Below, piece by piece: positions 53,440 to 64,000 of a stretch of DNA of 64,000 nt. The translations under genes were made by a program, and so were the position numbers. The notes under the pieces were generated by a model. The model was not told where the DNA came from. It made no database searches and was given only the letters and a program-made list of their open reading frames with translations. How positions within the stretch are numbered: the stretch's first letter is position 1; each line of letters begins with the position of its first letter. The DNA lies in the NCBI RefSeq assembly GCF_006345805.1, contig NC_042997.1, positions 13,082,001 to 13,146,000 on the forward strand. The letters run 5' to 3'. Source of the stretch: Octopus sinensis. Taxonomy: Eukaryota.

Positions 53440-56400
53440 TGGCTAATAATCCCATATGCAATGCAGATTAAAACAGATATAGTTAGAATAATACATAATT
53501 TATTATATAGGCACTTTGTTAAGGGTAAGAATAAATTTAGCCAAATAATTAACAATAAAACTATTAGAATAGGAAATAGCATTACGCATAATTTAGCCAC
53601 CATCATTTCCTCCTTTAACAACAGGAAACTAGATTGCTTCTATAATGATAGAAAGATAAATTTGGGTAGTAGTAATGTGCCTCCCTATAACCGTAGAGGC
53701 AATAAATCTATTAGCGAGAACGTGAGCAACCCTCACGCTAGTTATAATAGTACTACACCTGTGACGACAAATATTAATTTAATGGATGATACTGCTATCC
53801 ACAATAGTAATCCTATTGATAAGAATATCACCAATAATATTAAACATAAACTCTCGTTAAATTTAGGATTAGGTAGTGAAAATATGTGTAATACTATTAA
53901 TAAGAATAGGGATACAGGGAATCTTGCCAAGGTTAAATTTCCTCAATCTGTTAATAGCTGCAATTGCAGAAACAGCAATCAATGTGTGTTTAGTAATGAA
54001 TGCCTGAGGAAAGAGGTAGTTTATCAATGCACTGTAAATACACAATATAGCAGTAGCGTGTACATTGGTGCGACTAAAAATAGTATGAAACATCGTCTAA
54101 ACTATCATAGATATACTTTTAAAAATAAAAATAGGATGAATTCTATGGGGTTAAGTACGTATATTTGGGAACTCAAGAATAAGAACATAGATTTTAAATT
54201 GAATTGGGAAATACTAACTTCTGCACCAGTATACAATAGAAGAAAAAAATATGTTCTTTATGTATCAATGAAATTTTCTTCATCATCAAAGCTGGCCTAC
54301 CCATTATTAATAATATTAACGAGCGAAATTGATTTTGCCTTCACAAATTAGCGTATACTTTCTCTAGATTTAAATAGCACATAGTTTTTCTACCAGTAAT
54401 CTTTTAACATTCCTCTATATTGGATTGTACTATTGGTCTCTTTAATTTATAATTTATAATTTTGTATCTCCATATATATGTTCTATATTGATTGTTTTTG
54501 TCCCGGCTTGAAAAATATATTGAAATATATATGTATTTTGATATATACATGATATTCTGATCTTCATGGAGTTTTCCACGGGTGTCGGGCGTATATGCGT
54601 ATCATATCTTAGGGCGCTGGTTTGGGACTTTGTTATACTAATTATGTAAGAAATGTGGGTCTATATTTAGTATACGTTATTTATTTTGGATGAGCATATA
54701 AGTTTTTACATGTATTTGTTTGGCTGTCTTATATATTAAGTTTATCTTTGAACTCATATTTATTTGTATTTTATTTTATTTATCTATTTATTTATTTATA
54801 TATAGTTATATATAGATATTTCTATTTATTTATTTATTCATTCATTCTTATTTATTCTTATTTGTTTGTTTTTTTAAATTTATTTATTTATTTTTTATAT
54901 TTTTTTCATTTTATTTTATTTTATTTTATTTTTTTAAGTAATAGCACTTATTAATTTATTATTAATTTGATTTATAATTAATTTACTTATATCTTAATTA
55001 ATGGTAATTTCTGTTAACTTATTGTGTATGTATTTATACGTCTTTTGACGGGCAGACATATATTTTGTAATTTCGTAAATATATGTGGATATGTCGAAAT
55101 GTGTTCATATGTATATGTATGTGCATGCATGTTTTTATATGTATATGTATATTCATGGGTGGATATATGTGTATATGTTTTTCTTATACGTATGAGTACG
55201 CAAATACATATTTAAATATGTGTATAGGTATATGCGAATGTTTGCAGATGCAGTGCATGCGAGTGTATAGATGTTTATGGATATGTGCGGATGTGCGTGT
55301 ATGTGTATATATGTTGGTATAGTTTTCCCATGCCTGTGCTGGTTTATTAGTGAAAATTTGAATAGAAACTCAGTCGAAATTGTAACGATATAGAAGTTTC
55401 AGTGGCACGATAATTTGTTTACGAAATATACGGTGTTATTTTAATTATGTATCTTATGATAATAACGTACATTGACTGGGTATAGATGTCCGTGTGCTTG
55501 CATGTATGCATTTTTACGGATGTATGTGAGGAGATTTGTATGTAAGCATGTGGGGGGGGGGCTGGTATCTCTTATGTTGTGAATTGTCTGTGTATGTGCG
55601 TGTGGGCGCACGTTTGCAAGTGTGCGTGTGTGGATGTTGCTTAACAAACCAACCGTAAAGAAGACAATTGTAATTTAAATTTAAATGTACAAGCCAATCA
55701 TATATTAGCGTTCGATTCTTAACTATTTCTGAACGTAATACTGGTTTTGTGTCACAGTTGAAATTATAAATTGCAATCGTATGTACATCTATAAACCTGT
55801 GGAACTTAAATATCATGTAAACCAAATGCTTTTATTTCTCATTTTGTATGTGTATGCAAATATCTAATGCTTTGCATGGTACTGTAGTACTATTGTTGTT
55901 CTTGGTTTTGCTATTATGTTGCTAATAATGTGATCTTCATATTGTTTTGCTAGTATTAGTGTTATTAATAATAAGAATGATGATATTGGTAGCATTAGTG
56001 GTAATGATAATAGTAATGATGTTAACATTAATGACATTTTGTAAATCAATATAAATTAATATAATGTACTCTTGACTCTGTATATCTGCATTTGAGTATT
56101 AATATGTGTATGTTTTCTAAATTGTAATATCACAATATTAAGTTGAAAAACTGTAACATTGAATATGGAACATTTGTATGTTTATTGATTTATATTATTT
56201 ATATTATTATGTATATGTATATATATATGTATAGGAGTATGAGTATATGCACTCATATGTATGTGTATATGATATATTATGGGTATTTACCCACACTTAT
56301 ATGGATGTATATTTAATTTGGTTTGTATTTCATAATCTCCGAAGAGGCCTTGGGATATTTTTGCCAATGTCTCATTTATAACTACATATTGACCTATCAC

Positions 56401-56540
56401 ACATGGTTAATATAAGTAAAATGAGACACCCATATCTGCATGGCCGAGACAGCTGTAAGATGTAGTTTATATTTATTCATATTCTCTTATACATATTGTA
56501 CTTATTGTATCATATTACTCCTTCATGTACACTGTTTTGT
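53440..56540 (+). mobile_element. 5'-truncated Penelope-like element (RT thumb end, N-rich linker, GIY-YIG, long 3' region)
   Basis: ORF 53461-54351: KTDI..L..HF..NK..IIN...N...IIS.FN; CNCRNSNQCVFSNEC; VVYQCTV..VYIG; LSTYIWELK; frameshifted CSLC. The 3' limit is inferred from the hammerhead position. Confidence 0.8.
56335..56461 (+). ncRNA. Type-I hammerhead-like fold with ~100-nt stem II
   Basis: ATCT-CCGAAGA-GGCC...GGCC-GAG-ACAGCTGT-A-AGAT. Confidence 0.6.
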
Positions 56541-56656
56541 TCTATATTATTATGTTTAACCTTATTGTTCATATGTAGTGGTTTAATAAAGTATGTGATT
56601 GGGTATTATCTGGTAGTTGATAATTGATTTAGATGTATTTCTCCATTTTCTTATTT

Positions 56657-56731
<75 letters not shown>

Positions 56732-56750
56732 ATATATACATATATATATA

Positions 56751-56834
<84 letters not shown>

Positions 56835-57779
56835 ATATTTATGTCTTCGTTTCGGTTGGTTTGTTGTATGTCCTGTTTTTGTTATCAACTTTAACCCTTC
56901 ACAAATCCCAAATTTTATTTTAGTTCGTGGGAGCATCTGCCTTCAAAGTCTTATAATTGTTGCTTATTGCTCGAAGTAAGGAGTAGAATGACAGCTGTTC
57001 TTTGCGTACCTAACTTTATTTTCGTACTTCAGGTTGCTACATTTACAGATAAATTCCTCTATTTACATAATATCGAGGTCGCTTTCATTCTTTTGTTCTC
57101 GTGCCATTTCTATCAAATGGTCAGGCCCTTGGTTTCATGTTTATAAGGCCGTAGTTTCAAATCCTGAGTGAGTGCTGTGTTGTACCCTCGCACAATGTAT
57201 CTCATATCAGTTTATTCCACTCTACTCCTGTGTCAATCAATACCATACTAGTATTGGTGTAGCTTTGTTTTCCCTATATCGATCATATCTACGATGCTGC
57301 GCTTTATCAAGTTTAAGGATGCTGCGAGAGAGTGTTTATTTGCTAAAAAGATTAATGAATGTGTGGTTCGAGTTAGCAAGTCATACATACATCTGAAGGT
57401 TACACACACAGAAGTACCCACATATAATTGCATGCATGTATTTGTGTGTAGATGTATATTTATCAATGTATATATAATATTTATTACATTAAAGCAGTTT
57501 AACCCTGGGTGGCAGTATTCTTGATTTTAAGGTAGAATGAATTGTTTGCAGCTAATATAATAGTGTCTTGACTTCGAACGTCTGTGTGCATGGATGGGGT
57601 GAAAGTCTTCGAAAAATAATTTCAATAAATTTTGTTCCACCTATATATGACCGAATCCGTTTTAGAAACAACAATTATTATTTGCTTTATATTAATATCT
57701 ATTCTCCTTAATTAGGCAATTATATTTTCATTTATACAACTCCACCTTCACCGAAGAAAGGTAAATTAATTTGTAATAC

Positions 57780-58235
57780 TTGATATATTACTTATAATAA
57801 AAAAAAAGAATAGAATGAGGTTCCAAATCCTGACGATTTTAATAAATTTATTTTCATAGCATGAGAAAAAGATTCCAACAAAAACTAGTTTCTTGAATTT
57901 CTGAGTTATTAATAAAGACAAGTTTCGTTTTGTCCAGAATCCAAGGGTATTATGGATCCAAATGTGTGACTATGATGCTGTTGTATTTCTAGTAACTAGA
58001 GTACTATATTTTAAACTAGAATGTATGGTAACTGCTTTACCAAGCAATAAAAAAATTTAAATCGCCCAAAATGTATTTTACAAGAATAACGATGCCATAC
58101 ATTTTTTCTCATGTACCATGATATAAGGTTAAACACGTTAACTTTATTTGTATGATTTTTATCGAAATCGGGAATTAAAATCCATATCGTTATATATATG
58201 CGTGTACGTATTTGTCTGTGTGTAGCTTTTTGCAT
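57780..58235 (-). pseudogene. Putative decayed CUB-like segment
   Basis: CKIHFGRFKF and SHTFGSNNTLGFWT peptides. Confidence 0.2.
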
Positions 58236-58261
58236 GTTTGTGTGTGTGTATGCGCGCGTGT

Positions 58262-58310
<49 letters not shown>

Positions 58311-59128
58311 TGTACTGCGTATGTATATTGCATGCATATATTGTGTATGTATATTGCTTACATGCTGTATGTGTATATTGTATGTGTGTATATATATGCT
58401 AGGTGTATTTGTGTGATATTTATATTTGTATGTATGTGTGCGTGTGTTGTGTGTGTGTGTGTGTGTGTTGTGTGTTGTGTGTGTATGTGTGTTATATATC
58501 TGTGTATGTATATATAGATACATATTATATTTGTGTGCTGTGTGTATATGTGATATATGTGGGTGCGTTTGTGTGTGGTGTGTGTGTTCTGTGTGTGTGT
58601 GTGTGTTGTTTGTATGTGGTGTGTGTTTGTTTACTATGTGTGTGTGTGTGTGTGTGTGTTTTTGTGTGTGTGTGTGTGTGGTGTGTATATATGTGTGTGA
58701 CAAATAGACGCTATCTGACCAGCGGGCACGAACACATCTATTCACACCCGCATACTAACCTCCTGATAACCCCAAATCATTCATGCATAAAGGGGAAGTA
58801 TACACCACATTGGCTACTTCCTCTGTTCTCTCAGTTCAGCCTTTCTGCTAATCCCAACAGGTCAGTAAAAACATATTCTCGCCTTGTACTTAAAATATTC
58901 TGAGATGTATAAAAAAGCCATTCTAATTTTTGCTGTCAAAAGGCTGATATATATACCGAAGATTGTATATATATACATGTAATGTGACAATTTGCGACAA
59001 CCAATAATTAACGCAACCATTCCCAATTCCCATAATATATTTGTTTTATCCTTTTCTGCCAAATTTTCCCAAACATTCTCATCACACTATTGAACTTCTC
59101 TGTTACCAAACACTATATCTATACATGT

Positions 59129-59352
59129 AATGTGACAATTATGTATAAAAAAACATTTTTGAATTCATAATATCCAATGTGACAATTATGTAAAAACCTT
59201 TTTGAATGCATAATACTCAATGTGACAATTATGTAAAAACCTTTTTGAATGCATAATACTCAATGTGACAATTATGTAAAAACCTTTTTGAATGCATAAT
59301 ACTCAATGTGACAATTATGTAAAAAACTTTTTTGAACCCATATTATTCAATG
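59129..59352 (+). repeat. 43-bp minisatellite, about 5 copies (3 perfect)
   Basis: AATGTGACAATTATGTAAAAACCTTTTTGAATGCATAATACTC at 59176, 59219 and 59262. Confidence 0.95.
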
Positions 59353-59443
59353 TTCCTTAAATGTAACTTTTGACAATCTTTTCCAAAGTGAAAACCGGTT
59401 AAGTAAAAAACATCGTTTAAATTGCATTTTCAAACCTTTTTTT

Positions 59444-59497
<54 letters not shown>

Positions 59498-59714
59498 GTA
59501 TGTATGTATGTATGTATGTATGGATGTATGTATATGTATATGTGTCTGTGATTATGCATGTGTGTGTATCATGTATGAATGTATGTAAGCCTGTGTGCGT
59601 CTGTGTGAAGATATACGTATGCATGTGTGCTCGCGATCACCAAAGTATAGAATATAAGCTTGCAGCGAGTGGAGACTACGTCTTGTTTTCGACTTTTTCT
59701 TCCAACTATTAAGT

Positions 59715-60750
59715 TTACTTATTTTCACGATCTCCTTGGAATAGCTCTGAACGTGACAACACATGATCATTATTCCATTTTTTCCCTTTATCTATTTTTT
59801 GCAAATGTAAAAAGTAAAGAAAGTCCCGAGGCTTCATTCTGCACGGGAAATAGGAAGCGAAACCACTCCTGACGCTATGCATTAAGTTATTTACTGGCAG
59901 TAACTTACAAAGTAATCTAGGTTTGGAAACGTATAAACTATTTCGAAAATTAGCATTAAATAATTTTTTGAACGCTGACTGTATTTGATATTTTAATATG
60001 CTAAACCCTAATGCCAGAGTGTACATCAGAATATCTCTTACATTTCAACCTATTTTAAAATTTACTTTTAATATATTTTTTCAAATTTAAAAGTAACTTC
60101 AGAACAAACAACCTAATTTATAAAGTTCTACAAAAGCATATGTACTACTGAGTATATGCTTGAAGTCATAAGAGAAATGTCAACGGTTTAAAATTTTCAT
60201 TTTGCTTTCCCGTTGAGAGAAAATAGAAATTTCACCTCTAGCAGAATAGAAAAACCATCTTAACTTGTAGGCTAGGCAATAGAAATGCTTCCATAAAGTA
60301 AAATTTACATCATCTTCCATTACATACGTGACATGATTCAAGTATTTCTAACAAACGAATAGAAAAAAGAAATTAAATAAAAGAGAAAAACGATTCGGTT
60401 TTAAAATTTATAAAATCCAAAAATAACATCTGAAGGAGAACTTGTATCTTTCAAATGCAGTAATTTTCTGTTTATTTTAAATTAAAATTTATTTAAAGCA
60501 TAAATATTACAACGTATCGTGCAGTGATTTGCGATTAGAAAGAAAAAAAGCTATACATGATTCATTCATATAGTAAATGTCCATAAGTGATAAATTGTGT
60601 ATCAACTTCATAGAATATTGATTCAGTTTCACTAGGCACAAGTAGGGTAATATATGTGTGCAAGTTTGTACAGTCGACAAAATTAAAATCAGTTTGCATC
60701 TAGAGTTTTTGTTTCTCGCCGAACACGAAACAAACATTTCAAATCCCAAA
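59715..60750 (-). pseudogene. Putative decayed CUB-like segments
   Basis: 80-codon ORF (YYMNESCIAFFLSN) and 103-codon ORF (KYQIQSAFKKLF..VNNLMHSVRSGFASYF). Confidence 0.3.
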
Positions 60751-60887
60751 ACATAACGTTACTAAATATATTAATCATATAATTGTTTTCGCTTTTCCAT
60801 TCTAGTCAATATCATCTCTTGCTCGCTCTCTCTCTCTCTCCTTTCTCTCACTCACTCTCTTTCTCTTTCCGCACATATCTACACATA

Positions 60888-60929
<42 letters not shown>

Positions 60930-60984
60930 GTTTAAATATTTGTTGTGCAAGATTTTTTTATGTGAAGTCGTGTGTTGAAACAGA

Positions 60985-61284
60985 TATTGTTATATTTCGG
61001 AATGGTCATTTTGCCAGTTTAGCCAATAAAAACACACGCACTATATATTTGGTGTTATTTTGCTTCAGTGTTATTTGCTGACGGTTAGTAAAGAGAGACA
61101 CAAATAATAAAGAAGAAAACAAACGACCACTGATGCGGTCACAGGAGTGTGACGAAAGAACTCTGGCCGAAATAAGATTAAGATTAATGTAAAAAAATAA
61201 ATAACACTGAAGCAAAATAACACCAAATAAATAGTGCGTGTGTTTTTATTGGCTAAACTGGCAAAATGACATTCCGAAATATAG

Positions 61285-61289
<5 letters not shown>
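60985..61289. repeat. Foldback mini-element with ~90-bp arms
   Basis: 60985-61076 is inverted against about 61198-61289. Confidence 0.9.
61127..61166 (+). ncRNA. Hammerhead-like fold in foldback spacer
   Basis: CCA-CTGATGC-G-GTCAC/GTGAC-GAA-AGAACT-C-TGG. Confidence 0.45.
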
Positions 61290-61376
<87 letters not shown>

Positions 61377-61381
<5 letters not shown>

Positions 61382-61729
61382 TGCAGCGTGGAAGGTGTTT
61401 ATAAGCCATTTAAGAAACACACAAAATCTGTGAGATTCAATTCAACATTTAAATTTAATTTGTCAAATTATTTTCGTCGCTTTGAGACCGCGACCTGTTC
61501 ACTGACAAAATTCCGTGCTGTCCGCCTTCGAAGACTGGAACCGAAACTGAGGGCGAGTCCATACGCCCCCAAACCTGCGATGGTGCTGCAGGGGAACGCG
61601 AACTCTAAGCACTTACCTAGGTATGTGACAGGTGTTTCTTAAATGGCTTCTAAACAGCAGCCACGCTGCAATTGTTTTCGTTCCAACACACGATCTGAGA
61701 TCAGGTCACTTGCTATGCAAATGCATCTC

Positions 61730-61732
<3 letters not shown>
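61377..61732. mobile_element. Divergently inverted pLTR-like pair (Penelope-type)
   Basis: Arms 61377-61420 / 61632-61675; both match 28765-28970. Confidence 0.75.
61459..61509 (-). ncRNA. Hammerhead-like fold with G3:C8 core
   Basis: rc TTTGTCA-GTGAACA-G-GTCGC/GCGAC-GAA-AATAAT-T-TGACAAA. Confidence 0.5.
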
Positions 61733-61770
<38 letters not shown>

Positions 61771-61861
61771 GGAAAGTTTACGAAAAAAAAGCAAAAGACG
61801 AAGACAGGTGGTGTACAAAACAAACAGATGTATTAGTATAGCGCTCAGGAATAGAAAAAGT

Positions 61862-61897
61862 CTTTTACGTTTCGAGCCTACGCTCTTCTACAGAAAG
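61862..61897 (-). ncRNA. Minimal hammerhead-like fold (U6, +1 nt after A9)
   Basis: rc CTTT-CTGTAGA-A-GAGC/GCTC-GAA-ACGT-A-AAAG. Confidence 0.5.
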
Positions 61898-61949
61898 GGA
61901 CACAGAAAAAAACGAGGGAAACAGGGAGAGAAAAAATTATTATATATAA

Positions 61950-63458
61950 TAAGGAAGAAGATTCAAGTGAGAAACCTGCCCGGGAAGTAAACCCAAGTGC
62001 AAGTGCTCCTACCAGCACCAAAAGCCATGGAGATGAAAGAGCCAAAAAAGAAATAAAAGGAGGAAAACTAAAAGAAAAACAAAAGATGAAACAGTCAAAG
62101 AAGGAAAAACTAAAACTCAAACAAAACCAAAAAATGAAACAGCCAAGGATAGAAGCAAACCTGACTATCCATGTACGAAAAAGGATGGAAACAGACAGCG
62201 CACACGGGTGTGTAGGTTCTACCTGAGAGGTGTCTGCTGGCATGGAGAGGAAGGTGCAGGCTGCCGTTTTGCACATCGGGGACCCTGCCGCAGAAACACG
62301 AAACAAGTCAGAAACCAACTACCAAAAGGAAAAGGGATGGACCACGCACCACCTGCTCCAAAACGGAGGTACGCAGATGTGGTGCGTGCTACAAACCGCC
62401 AACATGTTATTGAAAGGGCAGCTGCTGAACAAGAAACTTTTTTGTGCATGGCACAAAAGATTGTACAGCAGCTAACCTGGCTACATCAAACTCAAACTTG
62501 CAGATGGGACTATCCACAATACACAAGACCACCACAGCAAATAGACCCAAGGTGGACACCACCGGCAACAGCATACACCTCACCCCGATGCTCCTACTGA
62601 ACATCAGAGGACTGCTAACACTCAGTAACAGGACAAAAATCCCGTTCTTGAGAGACTTTGTTGCATGCAATCAAGCCCTATGCATAGCACTTACGGAAAC
62701 ACACCTGAAACCGGACATAGCAGATGCGGAAATACACATACCACATTATGTTGTACTGCGGACCGACAGAAAAGAAAGGAGTCATGGAGGAGTTGCTATG
62801 TACATCCGTGAGGACCTCACACCCCAGGTCCTTTTGTCACACTCAAATTCGGTGTGTGACACACTAATTGTACATATAAGGCAACTTAGTGTAGTTATAT
62901 GTGCTACATATCGCCCTCCAGATGTCCCAAGCCATGTAGGCAAGTTTGAAGACTGCCTTATAAAAATAGAAGTTCTAGTCACATTAGAACAACACATAAG
63001 TGTACTTCTTATGAGAGACTTCAATCTGCCCAATGTCAGATGGCCCGAGGGCCTGCCTGAAAATAAAACTGTTGGAAGTTGAAAAATGTCTGCAACTCTC
63101 CCATGAAAAAGAAAGAGCAGACAAAGAAGCCTGGGCTATAGACAACATAAAATCTAACCCCAGAGCTTTCTACAGGTATGCCAAAGAAACGGCTACGGTG
63201 CACTGTAGGATAGAGCCACTCCTTGAAAAGGATGGCACACTCACAGGAAATCCAATGAGGGTAAGTGAAATACTAAATGAGCAATTCAAGAGTATTTTCA
63301 CGCCACCCCTAGGGCATTTTCAAGTCAGCAATCCAACTGACTTCTTTACCACTGCAGATATAAAATCGGAGGCAGCAATGATTGATTACATCAATATAAA
63401 GGAAGACGATGTAATAAAGGCTATTGATGAAATGAAAACAAACTCAGCTACTGGCCCA
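61950..63458 (+). mobile_element. CR1-clade LINE: ORF1 end (CCCH finger) + APE, internally deleted, 3'-truncated
   Basis: CRFYLRGVCWHGEEGAGCRFAH; MLLLNIRGL, LTETHL; near-identical to 50552-51790 apart from a ~536-bp gap. Confidence 0.9.
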
Positions 63459-63768
63459 CTAAATTCATTAGCTTATAGTTAGCTTACATACAATTCAGCA
63501 GCTTACAATTCATTAGCTTACAGCTGTTTCCGTTATAACATGCAATGTACATATTTGGGTGCTTGTGTAGTAAATTATTGCTGCATGCAGTTTTTCAAAA
63601 ATGAAACGCAGTTTATTCGGGAAAGCATTCACAAGAATATATGCACCAAAAAGTATTACCAGACAAAACGGCATAAACACATTTAGGAAGTGAAGGAGTT
63701 TGAGGGATAGAAGCTCTATCCCCCAAAAGTAGATTGTGATAAATTTTATCTATCTATCTCTCACTTTC

Positions 63769-63800
<32 letters not shown>

Positions 63801-64000
63801 CGAGAGAGAGAAGGAGAGAGAGAGAGAGAGAGAGTTGTGTGTGTGTGTAAAAATAGGTATATGAAAAACACTTCTAATAAAAGTAAAAACGGAAACGTAA
63901 AAATACAACTGGGAAAGGAGATAGAAAGTGACAGAATCTAAGTCGATAAGAGATAGAAACTGAAAGCTTTATAAGGATCATAAAGATTCTTCTACATAAC

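Noticed and set aside
54330-54332. Selenocysteine TGA in the Penelope-like C-terminus (some Naiad elements encode Sec)
   Set aside because: The TGA is in a frameshifted, decayed tail and does not align with a conserved Cys (the C of C-x-H lies two codons later). No SECIS was recognised.
59129-59352. CRISPR-like array
   Set aside because: Contiguous tandem units without unique spacers, no cas genes, eukaryotic context.

Overview
AT-rich, microsatellite-dense eukaryotic DNA, most likely octopus. This is inferred from three abundant tRNA-derived SINE families that I recall as the octopus OR1/OR2/OK types, plus the (TA)n/(AGAT)n/(ATGT)n load. No intact host gene is recognisable, and most ORFs in the track are microsatellite translations. 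The window is a transposon landscape: about 18 SINE copies or fragments, three main copies of one CR1-clade LINE, R4/Dong-like LINE fragments, two Penelope-like (GIY-YIG) elements, five mariner relics, a Tc1 fragment and several MITEs. Three layers stand out. (1) About a dozen type-I hammerhead-ribozyme-like folds, many with non-canonical cores (C4, G3:C8, U6) or long branched stem II; several sit inside short foldback mini-elements that look like non-autonomous Penelope derivatives. (2) The CORE-type SINE and the CR1 LINE share a 3' tail whose hairpin shows compensatory base changes. (3) About 12 non-repetitive segments, mostly on the minus strand, translate into stop- or frameshift-broken signal-peptide/CUB-like peptides, suggesting a decayed gene cluster (low to moderate confidence). 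All assignments are by eye; no searches or folding computations were run.
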